Source: Eledone cirrhosa
Lineage: Eukaryota
Direction: 5' to 3'
NCBI GenBank assembly: GCA_964016885.1
Contig: OZ024741.1
Span: 197,160,001-197,224,000 of the forward strand
DNA length: 64,000 nt
Numbering within the stretch: position 1 is the stretch's first letter; the number at the start of each line of letters is the position of its first letter. Of the stretch, positions 13,141 through 27,250 are shown in pieces. The notes below the pieces were generated by a model that saw only the letters and a list, made by a program, of their open reading frames with translations, was not told where the DNA came from and did not search any database. A program made the position numbers and the translations under genes.

Positions 13141-15150
13141 TAGAACACTTTATTCCATGTTAACAAAGTAGAAGTTATTTCAAATTTTCTGCATGGAGTA
13201 GAATTATGGATTATAACAAACATATAATACAACAACTCAATAATTATAGAGATACAGTGTTATAAAAGTAACAAACCCCACTATCCCAGAGACAGTTGAG
13301 CATGGGACACCATGGAGGCTATTTTGAACAAACAATATCTCCTCTGCAAACTTTCTCAGCTTCAAACACCAAACAATGCAAAACATGATTAGAAAAACAT
13401 CAAAGGTTTGAGAGTATCTATGAAGGCACTCTTAACTGATAATTCACAGTAATAGTTGTTCTGAGACTAACTGCTAGTTACATCTATGATAAATAAAATG
13501 ACTTCAAGAACTGAAGGAAATGAGGCTGTCTTTAGACCTACTTGTTATTTACTACTTTCCTTATTATTCTAGATACATAAAAGTTATAAATTGGCAGAGC
13601 ACTGGGGCATTGGATTAGCTCTTAAAATGTTATAATCATTTAATTTGAAAATATTTAAAAACAGGTTTGTTAATTCAAAAGTTTATATATTTATTAGTGG
13701 ACATATTCTTGTTAAAATTTCCAGTATTAGATAGAGTATTGATTTTGATTTTTAATATGATGCAGTCACTGCTTTATACTTTTCTAGAATGTCTTGCTAA
13801 TGCGATTTTATGTAGTATCTGACAGGATATGATTTGAAAACAATTTCATAGACCAAGCGACCACATAGAGCTTCCATAAATGGCTCATGGCATAAATAAC
13901 AGATTATTCAGTGAATTAATCAATTAAGTCAACTATGACTGTAGTATCTTTACTAGTGGACAGGCTATTGTGAAAATTTGCTATGTTAAAGAATTTTTAA
14001 TGTGATGCACTCATAGTGTTGTTTTGTACTTTTCAAGAATGCCTTGCTAATGCGATTTTATGTAGTACAGGATTGAAAGTGTTAACTGTCTCAATATTTG
14101 TTCAAGCTCTCAACACTAAGTTCAAATCCTGCCAAAGTCAACTTTGCCTTTCATCATTTCAGGGTCAATAAATAAAGTACTAAGCCAGAGGATTGGCGAA
14201 ATTCCTAAAGAGTTGGGTAGGATGCTTTGCAGTATCTGTTTCAACTCTGCATTTTAGTTTAAATCCTGTATCCTGTCAAAGGAAGAGTGGTGATGCTTCT
14301 GCCAGGAGTTATGACTGGGAAAACAGTTGGTAGGTTAGCCTCTTGTGAGAAGTAATTGACCTAAAATGATTAACATAAACATTCCCAAATACCACTGTGA
14401 TATGTTCAAGTGATTATAATGATTTTAAAACACCAGATAGAAATTGTTCCAAAAATTATTATACTGATATGAACAGGAATTTGAATGATAATTATCAGTG
14501 ACATGACAAAATAGAGTTTATTCAACACTATATTATTTCTCTTTATCAGAGTGGTAGATTGGCAGAATCATTAAAGCATTGGACAAACACTTAGCAGTAT
14601 TTGTTCCCATTCTTTACATTGAGTTCAAATCCCATTGAGGTCAACTTTGCCTTTCATTGTTTTAAGGCTGATAAAGTACCAGTAAAGTACTGGGGTCAGT
14701 ATAATCAACTTTCCTTTGCCTACATATTGCTATCCTTGTGTCTAGATTATAAATCGTTATTTCTGTTTATAAACAATAATATACCCAAAAGTATATACAC
14801 TCACTCTACAGGTTACCTAAATATTTTAATCAGAAATTACTCACTGCACTTTTACAAGGTTTTTATAAGAACCTTTATGAAGTTATGCTCCAAACACAAG
14901 CTTAATAATGAGAAAGTTAGTTATATTACTAAATCCTTCCAAATTTTTTTATTATTTTCAAAATAATTTGAAAATCATAGTGTTTTCATTAAAAATATGA
15001 TAATGAAAAGGTTATTAGCATCCCTCAGTGAAGTAGGATGAAGAAAACATCCACCACTGTGATGACAAAAGAGCAAGTGCAGTCAGAACAGGTGTAACTA
15101 CATTTCATATTGTCCCAGTTGTGCTGATTGTGGACAGAAAGGTCATTAAG

Positions 15151-15293
15151 AACCCAGATAGGACTACATTTTGGTGGATAGTAAGAGCATTGTGAACCCA
15201 GATAGGGCTACGTTTTGGTGGACAGTAAGAGCATTGTGAACCTAGATAGGGCTATATCTTGGTGGACAGTAAGAGCATTGTGAACCAAGATAG
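15151..15293. repeat. 44-bp minisatellite, about 3.3 copies
   Basis: Unit AACCCAGATAGGGCTACATTTTGGTGGACAGTAAGAGCATTGTG starts at 15151, 15195, 15239 and 15283. Confidence 0.9.
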
Positions 15294-16489
15294 CCTGCAG
15301 ACCCAAGACTCAAAATTGCAAAGGAAATATTGCTTGCAGCTAACAACATTATGTATTTCCCAATATTATTTTGTAATGATGTTGAATATATGATTTCTAA
15401 TTTAAGCCAGAAAATTTGAGGGAAAGGCAAAGTTAAATAAATTAACCTGAGTATTTGACTGGTACTTTATTTTACTGACCCTTGGTGGGATTTGAAGTCA
15501 GAATGTAAAGTGCCAGAACAAATACTGCAATGACATTTTATCCAATGCTATACCAATTCTACCAACCAACCACTCTGATGTTGAATATATATTAGTTTCT
15601 GATTTAGACACAAGGTCAGCAAACTTGGGGGAAGGGCAAAGTTAATTATATCGATCTCAGTACTTAACTGGTACTATATTTTATCGAGCCTGGAAGAATG
15701 AAAGGCAAAGTTAACCATGGCAGGATTTGAATATAAAGAACCAAAACAAATACCACCAATACATTTTATCCAATGCTTTACCAATTCTGCTACCCAACCA
15801 CTCTGTTGTAAAATATATATTAATATATATTCAACCCCAGTCTGTATAAATATGTTGGAACCCCTCCCCCTCAAATTAAAGGAGTTGAGAAAATAGGACA
15901 ATGCTTCTTCTTGATAGGAGCTTAATGTACCACAGGTTACACTACTTGAGCATCTTATATATATTTCTGATTAACTGGTGAAATGAAGCACATCATTGTC
16001 TTGTCTAAACACATAACTAAATACCTGTAGCTAATTCAAGACAAGACATATAAACAGGTAGTCTAATACTTCATCTTCTCTATTTTCCATCTATAATTAT
16101 GAGACAATGTAGGTTATAAAAGAGCTATCAAGTAACACATTCATTAAACTTATTACATAACCTTTTCTAATTTTGACACAAAGCTAGCAATTTAGAGGTT
16201 AAGGGAAAGTTGATTCAATTGACCACAGTACTTGACTGGTACTTTATTTTATCGACCCCAGAAGGATAAAAGACTAAGTTAACCATGGTGGGATTTGAAC
16301 TCAGAAAGTAGAGAGCCAAAATAAATATTGCTACACATTCTTCTGACACTAACAACTCTGCCAATCAATCATCTTCCTCAATTATTAGTTTTGATAAAAA
16401 AATAAAAATAAAAAGCAAGCTGAAGATGACAAAAAATTTATTATATGAACAACAAAGGACATTCATATAGAAATATCAGGGCAGCAAGA

Positions 16490-17790
16490 AGCTGATCATC
16501 GGTCCCATACTCCTGCAGAACCTTCCACAGCAGGTCCCAAGAAACGCAGTCATATGCCTTTTCAAGGTTGACAAAACAAGAATATACCTCTTGGCATTAC
16601 TCCCACGATATCTTGAAGACCTGCTGCAGGGTGAGTATTTGACCGGCTGTGCTGTATCCAGGGCGAAAACTGCACTGTAAATCAGCTAGCTTGGTCTCAA
16701 CTATCTCCCTGCATCTCTTTGCCAGACATTTAGCATAGACTTTACTGGGAAGGCTTAACAAGGAGATCCCACTGTAATTGGAACAATCTCATTTCCCTTT
16801 TTGAAAATTGGGATTACCACTCCCGATTACCATTGCTTAGGTGTCTTTCCAGAGATCCAGGCCACCCAGAGAATACTTTCTCTATTTAAGGCTTTTAACA
16901 ACTTGGGCCAGATTTCATCTTCCCCAGCAGCCTTGCCACATTTGAGCCCAAGTATTTGTGTTCAGATAAATGGTGCTGAATCGAAACCCTTCAAAGTGAG
17001 AGTTGGACTCCACCAAGGGTGCGAACTGTCACTGCTCCTGTTCATTATTTATATGAACAGGATTAACATGGGCAGCCGGGTTGGAAGTAATATCATGACT
17101 GGCAGGTGTAAAATCAATTGGCTGGAATTGGCAGACAACATGGTTTTACTTAACTCAACTGATCTCTGACTTGCACATGATAGGTTTGATGCTGAGTGCT
17201 GCATGATTAGAATGAAAATCAGTGTCGCAAAAACTAAGACACTCATCCTCTCAGGGAAGCCTGCGCAGTGCACTCTACATATAAATGGAGTTCCATTAAA
17301 GCAGGTAGAGAAGTTCAAGTATCTCGGGGCCATTTGCGAGTGATGGCAGGCAGGAGGCTGAACTAAGTGCAAGAATTGCAGGAGCTGGTGCAGTAATGTG
17401 TCAGATTCAGCATTCAGTAATCAGAAGAGAGGTAGGTGTAAAAGTCAAACTCTCTATCTTCAATTCAGTATTCACGCCAACCCTTAACTATAGTCATGAA
17501 TCTTGGGTAATGACAGAAAGAATACAAGTGGGCGAAATGGGGTTCCTCTGAAGGGTCTTTGGAATAACACTCAATAGAGTGTATAGCTCAGAGATAGTCA
17601 CTCCATTTAGAGCTGCTACTTCTCCAAATTGAAAGATCACATCTCCAATAATATGGGTATGTGGTTAGAATACCTAATGAAAGAATCATTGGACAGATTT
17701 TACGGGCAAAACCAGCCGGCAGGAGACCCAGAGCTAGATGGATAACACCCATAAACTTGGCTGGTCTCGTTTGGGGATCCAGGCGGTTGC
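16490..17790 (+). mobile_element. RTE (Rex3/Expander-like) LINE fragment with inverted 5' part
   Basis: 16490-16945 on the minus strand encodes KCGKAAGEDEI...VDLEKAYD. From 16950 the plus strand continues with VGLHQGCELS, LADN and FKYLG. Confidence 0.85.
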
Positions 17791-18309
17791 TTCATGTAAA
17801 TGTCTGGGATTATTTGTTATTTAAGCTTATTTTCTGTTTGGATGTAAGACTATTGAAAAAAGAAATTTTCAATAAGCATTTGAGTCAGGAAGCATTTATC
17901 AGTTATTTTTTAGACATATATGAATAAGAATTTACTATAGTACATGTTCCGTTCCAAAATGATAAAGTATAAGTTAGATTTTCTTCTGAGTATTCCTGCC
18001 ACATTGAGCAAACAATTATTTTGATATATGTGCCTATGTATGTATATATGGACCTGTAACTCCTGATGGACTTGTAGGGGGGCACTGTCATGACATACCT
18101 GGGCACTTTTAAACTGGCGAAGCCCATCCCTCTCCAGGTCTGATCACAGCTAATCTCTTCCAGAGGAAAAGAGAAAGAGTGAAAGAGAGGAAATGAGAAA
18201 AAAGATATAGAGAAAGAATTAACCCCATTACTGGACTGGTACTTTTTTTTTTTATCAACCTCAAAAGGAAGAAAGGCAAACTGACCTGGGCAGAATTGGT
18301 AGTGTGATG

Positions 18310-18760
18310 CAAATGTACACATTTGTTTAGAAATTCAGTCAGAACTGATGAGTTTGGGCAATCATCACAATGGTGAAACATACTTTTCACTTTCAATATC
18401 ACATACATCTAGCTTCATGACTTCCTTATAATCAAGGGTACGGCCAATGGCTGATAACAATTTAATTTGATGGTGGTATGTGCACACATATACATTGTGA
18501 GAGCCAGAAGAGCCCACTGGAATGCATCACATAGGTCTCAGTACTGCAAATTTTGAAAACCCAACTTTGATATTGGATATTCATATTTAAATAGTGCATA
18601 CATTTCAGATATGTTTGCAAGCAAAAGTCTTTTCTACATTTTTTTTCTTTTACACCATCAGATCTTTTGATGGATATGCAGTCTTTTTTACTGAGGCAAA
18701 TTCGACCTATTTCATTACTCTCATTACTATGCTTGTAAGTACAATAGTGATTGGTACTTT
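18310..18760 (-). mobile_element. Degraded Cys-rich DNA transposase fragment (Sola2-like, tentative)
   Basis: Across frameshifts the minus strand reads RICLSKKDCISIK..KRLLLANISEMYALFKYEYP..LRP.CIPVGSSGSHNVYVCTYHH..CDDCP. The family call is from recall only. Confidence 0.6.
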
Positions 18761-19571
18761 GGAATGGCAAATTATGTTTCAGTGTTACATTCTAACAATG
18801 TTAAATTCCTTCAGCACAAAGGTCTTGCAAGTCAATTTTTCTGGCCAAGTAATGGTGACATCTGTTGGATTCTAATTAAGAACATGAAGAAAGTTGATCA
18901 ACCTTCTTCTGGAAAGACAGGTCGATCCTATTGTTTTTCTCATGATGACATAAAAGAAGTACAAAGTTTGATGAAACATGATGCTTATGAATAGCTTTTG
19001 GTACCTTTTGTTTTTTATTGTATCTTGTTATATTTTACTCATTTCTAGTGTATTTCATTTTCTTGAGCTTTGGAAGAAAAGTACTTTGGGAAAACTACCT
19101 TGATTGACCCGATTATCCATTAATATGTCATTTTCAGGAGGCGTAAATAGATTTTTACAACAGTTTTAAATACTTTATGTCTATTTTTTTATACTCACCT
19201 CCAGGTGCACTTTTAGAATATGTATAGTTTTATATACATATAAAACAGTCATAATAAACAGTCATGGTTCAAACATTTTTTAAAATGTGTATTTTTCCAC
19301 TTTTTCTGCTTTTAACCTGCTTAATACACTGAAAACCAGGCCTTTTGGTAACTGAATTCAGGTTTTGTCAAGTTTCCAAGCCATATTGCATGATTAGAGA
19401 ATATGGGGTGCTCAATAGTTGTTGCTATTCAGTAACAGCCAACTAAATATGAGTTTTTTTTAATGTGGATTTTTCAAATTTTCAGTTAACATTTTCTTTA
19501 AAATGGCCAGCTTAAAGCAATTGGCTTTTAGTGTCTGGAGGACTTCAAATGGTGCAAATTAAGGAAATCAA

Positions 19572-20042
19572 AAGCTGGTGCAGTAATGCGCCAGCTTCAG
19601 CATTCAGTGATCAGAAAAAGAGAGGTAGGCGTAAAAGCCAAACTCGCTGTCTTCAATTCAGTTTTTGTGCCATGAATCTTGGGTAATGACCGAAAGACTA
19701 CAATCGCAAATACAAGCGGCTAAAATGGGATTCCTCTGAAGGGTCATAGCTCAGATATCAGAGTCATTCCAGGTACAACCACTACTTCTCCAAATTGAGA
19801 GATCACATCTCTGATACTGTGGGCATGTGGTTAGAATGTCTCAGAAAAAATTAACTGGACAGATTTTATGAGACCCAAGGATAGACCCCGAGCAAGATGG
19901 TTGGATAACATCCATGAGCTTGGCTGCTCACGCTTGGGGCTCCAGCCGAATCAGTTCGAGGTTGCTTCTGACAGGATCCACTGGAAGGAGTGTTTGAGTA
20001 CTCTGCCCACACAATTCTCTCAGGAATAAGTGGGCGAAGAAG
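19572..20042 (+). mobile_element. RTE (Rex3-like) LINE 3' fragment
   Basis: Homologous to 17380-17790 and 21475-21960. Ends CTCAGGAATAAGTGGGCGAAGAAG; the same 3' end occurs at 12525-12702. Confidence 0.85.
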
Positions 20043-20359
20043 TTCCAAAGGCATCTGATAAAAGCCACTTAGAGTACTAGGCCTCTAAATATCAAATAAA
20101 TTCAATATTTTCAAAACTTCAGGAATTGCCAAAAATTTGTTAATGACCATAAAATCTGAATGGTAAGCACTATGGAGCAAATATTTTCAGGAATTACTTG
20201 AATCACAGATATCAATAAATGGTGAAAATTTGAAAAAATCTGAAGATCTCCAGGCTGGATCTCTGTTGAATTTCACTGGAATGTCGCCATTTGCATCCAA
20301 ATTCAAAAACTCCCTGAACGAACTTCAGACATTGAAACGGAGTGGAGATTGTTTAGCTC

Positions 20360-21990
20360 AGCAGTTTCTGCTTCAGCTGTTATATGCTGCGGGTGAAAGA
20401 GGGATGGTGTGGCGCCAGAGGGCAGGAGTACCCCTTGGTTCAATCAAGAAGTCAAAGATGCCATCCAAGCAATGAAGGAGGCCTACAAAGCTTGGTTTGG
20501 AAATAAGTCCTTTTTGCACTTGAGGAACAAGCAGGCATAAAGAATCACAGCAGAAGCAGTAAAGGCATCTAAAGTTCAGACATGGGAGGAATTTGGGGTT
20601 AAGCTGGAATAAGACTTCAGATCAGTAAATAAAGTGTAATGGCAAACCATCCGCTCACTTCGTATTAAGAAGTCCTCCTCCACACCTGCTATCAAGGGTT
20701 CTCCTAACTGCAGAGAGGTACATCTCCTAAACAAGAGCATTTTCTGATGTATGCGAAGTGCATCTGGGAGCGATGACTCTTGAAGGCTGAGGTCACAAGA
20801 GCAATTAAAGAGGTGAAATGTGGCATTACTGCTGGGGAGGATGACATTCAGCCTGAGATGTTAAAAGCCTTAAATAGAGAAGATATTTTTTGGCTGACCT
20901 ATGAGTGCCAAATGGCCTGGATCTCTAGAAAGGCAAAAAAAAAATAAATTAAAAAAAAAATTAAAAAAAATAAAAATAAAAAAAAAAATGGCAACCAGGA
21001 GTGATAATCCCAATTTTCAAAAAGGGAGACGAGAGATTGCTCCAAATATAGAGAGATCTGCTTATTAAGCTAGCTGATGAACAGTGTGATTTTCGCCCTG
21101 GACGCAGCACAGCTAATCAAATATTCATTTTGAAGACCTCAAAAAGGCATATGACTGCATTCCAGGTTTGATACCAAGTGCTGCATGGCTGGAATGAAAA
21201 TCAGTGCACTCTACATCATTGTTTAACGTCCATCTTCCACGCTAGGATGGGTTAGACGGATTTGTCCCATTTAGCGGCAAGTTGGGTTGGGTGACCATGA
21301 CTTGCTGGTTTTCTTCGGCTGCATGCCTTTCTTAGTGCCAACCACATTTATAATGTAAATTTACAGCTACATGTAAATGGAATTCTACTGAAGCAGGTAG
21401 AGAAGTTCAAGTATCTCAAGGCTATGTTCATGAGTGATGGAAGGCAGAGGGCTACATTAAATGCAAGAATCGCAGGAGCTGGTGCAGCAATCTGCCAGCT
21501 TCAGCATTCGGTAATCAGAAGGGAAGCGGGTGCAAAAGTAAACTTGCTATCTCCAATTCAGTATTTGTCCCAACCCTTCACTATGGTCATGAATCTTGGG
21601 TAATGACCGAAAGAATATGATCGTGAATAGAAACGGCTGAAATGGAGTTCCTCTGAAGGGTCCTTAGAGTAACGTTACTCAATGGAGCTCAGAGATCAGA
21701 TAGTCACTACTTCTCAGAATTGAGAGATCACAGCTCTGGTATTATGGCATGTGGTTAGAATGTCTCAGGAAAGATTCACTGGACATATTTTACTGGTAAA
21801 ACTAACCGGCAGGAGACCCAGGGGTAGACCTGGGGATGAAGCTTTGCCTAACATCCATGAGCTTGGCTGATCTCGCTTAGGGATGCAGCCAGATCAGTTG
21901 GTTGCTTCTGACAGGGCATGCTTAAAGACTGCTGGCATGAAACCCCTCAGGAATAAGTGGGAGGAGGAAGTGGGAGGAGGAAGTGGGAGA
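20360..21990 (+). mobile_element. Degraded RTE (Rex3-like) LINE with nested SINE-B and poly-A tract
   Basis: RT motifs (AGEDDIQPEML, QCDFRPGRST, FKYL) and a GGA/GAA-rich tail. Nested insert at 21216-21367 is flanked by CTACAT. Confidence 0.85.
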
Positions 21991-23989
21991 AGAAGAGAAG
22001 AGGAGGAGGCAGTGGAGGTGGCGACGAAGGCAGCAGTGGTGGAGGAGGAGTGTAAAAAACATAACTAAGAAACTAAATGTAAAAGTTGAATAAAAATCTA
22101 ATAATTGAAAGTAAGATGAAAAAAATATAGAATAAAGTTGAAACTGATTCTAACTGAACAAAAGAAGCAACTATATATATTTCTTTTGTATATAAAATAA
22201 CAAAGAAGGCCTTTATTTTTAATTTCAAAACTTAAAGTTTTCATCAGAGCTTTCTTGTAACTACAATATTATAAATTTAAGAATGACAAGGAAGGTATAT
22301 TAATATATATTCTAAGCATCTGCTTTTCATGTTACTTAAAAATCTCAGGCAAACAACTATGAAATTACACAAACAGCTGCAGGTAAAACATATAGCAGCA
22401 ATTTGGTACAGAGATCTATTTTCAGAAGGGTTATGACACTTCCACTATTCACCAGTTCCTCCCTTTTTATCCCATTCATGGCCATATTTCTAATAAAACA
22501 CATATTTAAATAGACATTTTAATTAATGAAGAATTTTTAGAGGTTTAATAAAATTATTAATTTCATTACTATGATAGTAACTTAACATATGCTTCTTATA
22601 AAATTATATCGAAAGATTATAATTTAAATAGGAACCCTTTAAAATTTGTTTCATGGCACCATGTATCAAAAAGAGTTCCTTTTCTTCTTGTTTAACAAGC
22701 ATGATTCAACTAAAATTATAAAATGCCTGTGAACAGCTGTTGATTTAAGAATAAAATGTAATTATAACAGAGCAGCAGTCAAAATTCTTTATCTCCCATT
22801 TCTAGACATATAATTGTGTTTGTAATGGAAATAATGAACCAGTAAGTAAAAGTTAATTCATAAATCTCTCATAGTTGCTCAACAATTTAGACATCAATTA
22901 AAATATCAATTACCATACACCAGCATCAATTAACAGAACATAGAGAAATAAAATTATTGTAATTTTAAACAATAGATATGAATGTGTATCTGAAGGTTGA
23001 ATGGATCTTATTAAATAGAAATACCAAACTAACTACACAAACTATTTCATTATTTGTGAGAGGAAGCAAATGCATCACTAAAAAAGAGTACATACAAAAA
23101 TGAACCACAGCTGTCAGAGCTAATGCCTTAACAATAGTCTGTATCTTATCATAGTTATGTTTATGACTAAGATGGTAAACTCTCTGTAGCTCAGATAACT
23201 AAAGTATAAATAAGGTACCACTAGAGTTACAACGCAGTGTTGTAGGGAGGGGGACCATTTATAATTACCGATTCTTTTATTAGTTTTCAATATTGTAATC
23301 AGTCTCTCCCACGTTAAATTAAACATGTACAAGCAATATCCAACATTTCACAGACAAAAAAAGTTGCTTGTCATTCCATATGAATCAATGTCAAGTGTAC
23401 ATTTATATATACATAGGCTTTCCATACTTTCCAAGCCTCAAACAGGGACAGTTATCAATTTTTATAATAAAGAGGTGCTTTCATTACCATATTTCTAATC
23501 AAAGACCCAGCTTATGTTTCAATTAATGTTGAAAATAATCAAGAATAAACTGTTAAGTTAATGTTCAAAGTATTATTTAACAAAAAAATAATTACGTAAA
23601 ATTACGATAAAAGGTTTTAATATAAGTAATTTTGTATCATAGAACAAGGAGCAATTTCAAGTGGGTTGGTATCAAAAAAGGTTAAGCTTTAGTGCTCTGA
23701 GAGAGAGAGAGAAAGAGAGAAAGAAAGAGAGAGAGATTTCTTTAATATTTTGTTTAAGACAGATTTAAAAATGGCAATAAAATTCAGAGATTTAATATTC
23801 CAGGCAGATTTCTAAAATTAAATCAGTCCCAGAACTCATCACCATATTAGAATCCCTATTCATTTTGATGAACCTTATTAAATTCAAACCATAATTCAAA
23901 TTATGGACTGCAGTTGATGGCAAGTGTGTAACAATATCACATGTAAAGTCCAGCACACACAAATAACCACCATCGGGTGTATGGCTTAT

Positions 23990-26133
23990 TCAATAAGGAG
24001 AGACCACTTCTCCTATGGGCACGCAAGGGTAACGTGTCCAAAATGCTATTCCAATATCCCATATCAGAACGACTAAATACCTTATTTGTACATTATCTAT
24101 ACTTTTTGCCTCATCATCTAATATATATTTAAAATTCCACACTTTGTGTAAACTGTCCATATCCCCTTCATCTGACAGTCATTTTGAAAATAAAAGAAAT
24201 TCTTATTTGTCTTTCAGCCTTCCTGGAGGGGAGGAGGGTCAATAAAATAAAGTACTATTTAAGTACCGGGGTCAGTGTAATGCCCCCCACCAAAAAAAAA
24301 ACAAAAAAAAAAAAACATTTTTATTATAATAGCAGAATCGTTAGAGAGTCGGACAAATGATTAGCAGCATTTGTACCAGCTCTTTACGTTCTGGGTTCAA
24401 ATCCCAGAGGGGTCAACTTTGCCTTTCATTCTTCCGAGGTCGATAAAATAAAGTACCAGCCAAGTACTGGGGTTAGATCAGTGGTTCCCAAAGTGGGTTT
24501 CACAAAGCAGTGTCTGGTGTTCCGTGAAAAAAAAGGTAGAGGAGTATTATTATAACCATATAACAGTATTAGACGTTGGGGTTCCCCCAAAAGTTTCTGA
24601 ACCAAAAAGTGTTCCGCGTTTGAAAAGGTTTCGGAAAACCTGGGCTAAATATAATCGACTTTCCCCTTCCTCCAAATTTTTAGTCTTGTCTGAGCCAATG
24701 TTAGAAAAAACATCACCATCTTCATCTGAATGATTCTTCTGTATTGTATAATCAATTGGCACTCCTTTATTCTAACGAAATTTAGTCAACTAATTTTAAT
24801 CGTTTTAGCTCTACACATAGATAATTTGTGAAAACAAATTAACCCTAGCAATCGCAACACTCATATAAACCAGTATATAGCTATATATACCCAGAGATCT
24901 AGGCTACTGTTTTCATAATTTTTCAAACAGATTATAAACAAATTTGAAAGCTCAGTCCTGCTAACAAACAGTGACGTGTTTATTTATTGCCCCAATTCCG
25001 AGTTTCCCATTCTCAATTCAGGGCGTTAATTCCAACGTATACAAGCTTCATCACTCATCTCGCTGATGGTAAAAAAGGCCGTTTGTTATTCTTCATAAAT
25101 CTTGGTCAAGTATATATTAATAGGTTCACTATAATTTTCAAGCCTCAAACCTAGACAGTTTTCAATTTTTATTATAGGTACCGCTATTTTTATAATAAAG
25201 AGGTGCTTTTATAATCTAACTCCCCATAAGCTTTAGTGCTGACACAAACGAATACTGATGTTTTAATATTTAGTTTAAGGCAGATTTAAAAATAGCATTA
25301 AAATTCGCAGAAATTCAATATTCCAAACACATTTTTAAAATGATATCTAACTTGTGCGTCACAATTTTGATGCAAACAAAATTAATTCATCAAAAATTTT
25401 TTTTTTTACACCAGATTTTAACATTTCCAACTTTTCCTTTGTGGGGCTTATACTTTTTCATTAAAAAAAAAAAAAAAAATAATAATAATAAAACGAACAT
25501 TCCAGGACAAAATAAGCTGGACGTGACACCGAGACGAAACGCTCGGGACATTAATGAAGCGAGCAAGGAATGAAATTACTGATATAGAATTTTTTTTTAA
25601 TGTCACATCTTGTAACTTTTGGTCATACAAGAGCAATTTATTTTCGGAGATATGTTATAGTTAGAATAAGAAATGTCTTATTACGCTACAATTGTTATTG
25701 GAGTAAATATTAAAACAAACTGTGTTTCTTGGTAGCAAACTGGTGCGCCCAAACCACACCACTTTGAGCAAGCACAATCTCACCCGTGCAGTGACCAAAT
25801 TAGTTGAAACCTCTCTCTCTCCAGATCTTAAACATGGCAATAACAACTGCTAACATTAGCAATTTCAACAATAACCCATACCGTGTCATGACTGAAATAC
25901 ATTCGAATGGAGACCAAAGATAAATTTATTTAAAAAAACAAACAAAACATCCTCGGGCTTTTCCTAAGTAGCAATCTGGGTATAAATGAAGTAGCATGGT
26001 TCCGCTTGAAAATTAGCAAGTGGCTCACTTACTCTATTCGTTGGCAGCTAACTTCTTTTAACTCATGCGCAGTATATTGGCAGTAGTTGAGAATGAGAAG
26101 AAAACAAAACGCCGACGCGGAATAAACTGTCAT
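23990..26133 (-). CDS. Candidate multi-exon host gene or pseudogene, unknown product, signal-peptide-like N-terminus
   Basis: Phase-consistent AG/GT-bounded segments: 26133-26033 (MTVYSASAFCFLLILNYCQYTAHELKEVSCQRI, donor GTAAGT), 24960-24891 (RTELSNLFIICLKNYENSSLDLW), 24771-24717 (NKGVPIDYTIQKNHSDED) and 24171-24081 (EGDMDSLHKVWNFKYILDDEAKSIDNVQI). Without a further splice the frame stays open to TGA at 23990. Manual model only. Confidence 0.4.
24479..24642. mobile_element. Short hAT MITE nested in a SINE-A copy
   Basis: Termini CAGTGGTTCCCAAA / TTTCGGAAAACCTG with degenerate 8-bp TSD GGTTAGAT / GGCTAAAT. SINE sequence resumes on both sides. Confidence 0.75.
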
Positions 26134-26629
26134 AGAATGAGGCCTGCTTGATGTTATCTAGAGACAAACTGAAAGAAACTTAGATAATAATGGAAAGGGG
26201 CGTGTCAAAGAATGCTTGCAAATGTTTTGCCACATCGACTAAAAACTCTGTTCATGTATGAGTACACACACCTCTCTAATATATATGTATGCATACGTAC
26301 ACACACACACGTGTGTATGTGTACGTACGCAGACTTACATTTTATGTATCAGTTGTGCTAGGGCGAGAAATAAAATTATACACACACACACATATATATG
26401 TATATATATAATCAAATAAACAAAATACTTTCTATTAGAATTATTGCTAAGGCAGAGTCGCTAGAGCGTCGGACAAATGCTGTTCATGTTCTGAGTTCAA
26501 GTCGCACCGAGGCCAACTTTGTCTTTCATCCTTCCTAGGTAGATAAAATAATGTATCAGCCAAGTACTGGATATATATAGTCGATTTTCCTCTTACCACA
26601 ATATTGCTGGCCTTGTGCCAAAATTAGAA

Positions 26630-27250
26630 GGCTTAAATACGCCTGGTTTCCCATCACAACTAGAGCTAGCAGGCCACGACCACGGAGCAGGCCAGCGCCC
26701 CGACGGAATTACCCTCTTCCCATCGAAGGAAGTAAATCACTCATCTAGGACGCCACATGTGACACGTTCTCCGCCTCCAACTTAGTCAAACCCCGGTACT
26801 GCGACCTGCAATACAGAGGAAAGGAAGAGAGAAACAAATACCGGGGTTTGTCCGGCCGCTTCCTCTTCACACTGGTCGCCGTTGAGACCTCAGGCGTACT
26901 CGGACTCCGCACTGCCGAGCTCCCCCGCAAGATCGAAACGTCAGCAGCCCGTCTGAGGTGGGGTGGCTGTTGTAGTGGGTGTCGCTGCCCATTGTCCGCA
27001 GAAATGCTTTTGCGGTCTTATCCGCAGTACGCAGCCCCAACACCGCGGCGCCCAAGGTCCAGAGCCAATCACCCTCCCTTTTCCCCAATCCATTTTTCTG
27101 TGGGCCCAGAGCCCTTGCTTTTCTGTTTTTAAATATTTGTAGTGTTTTTTTAGTTAATTTATAGTCATTCATTCATGTAGTTACTCATTGATTAAATTGT
27201 GTATATTACGTCTGTCTATATTAAGAACCAGCAGTAATACTGAAAAATAA
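26630..27250 (+). mobile_element. CRE-like non-LTR retrotransposon 3' fragment (restriction-like endonuclease domain)
   Basis: Across frameshifts it reads GQRPDGITLFP..KSLI*DATCDTF..KYRGL.GRFLF..VAVETSGVLG..IVRRNA. GC- and CpG-rich, with an A-rich end. Confidence 0.75.

Noticed and set aside
15151-15293. 44-bp repeats as a CRISPR-like array
   Set aside because: Units are directly tandem with no unique spacers, the context is eukaryotic and there are no cas genes.
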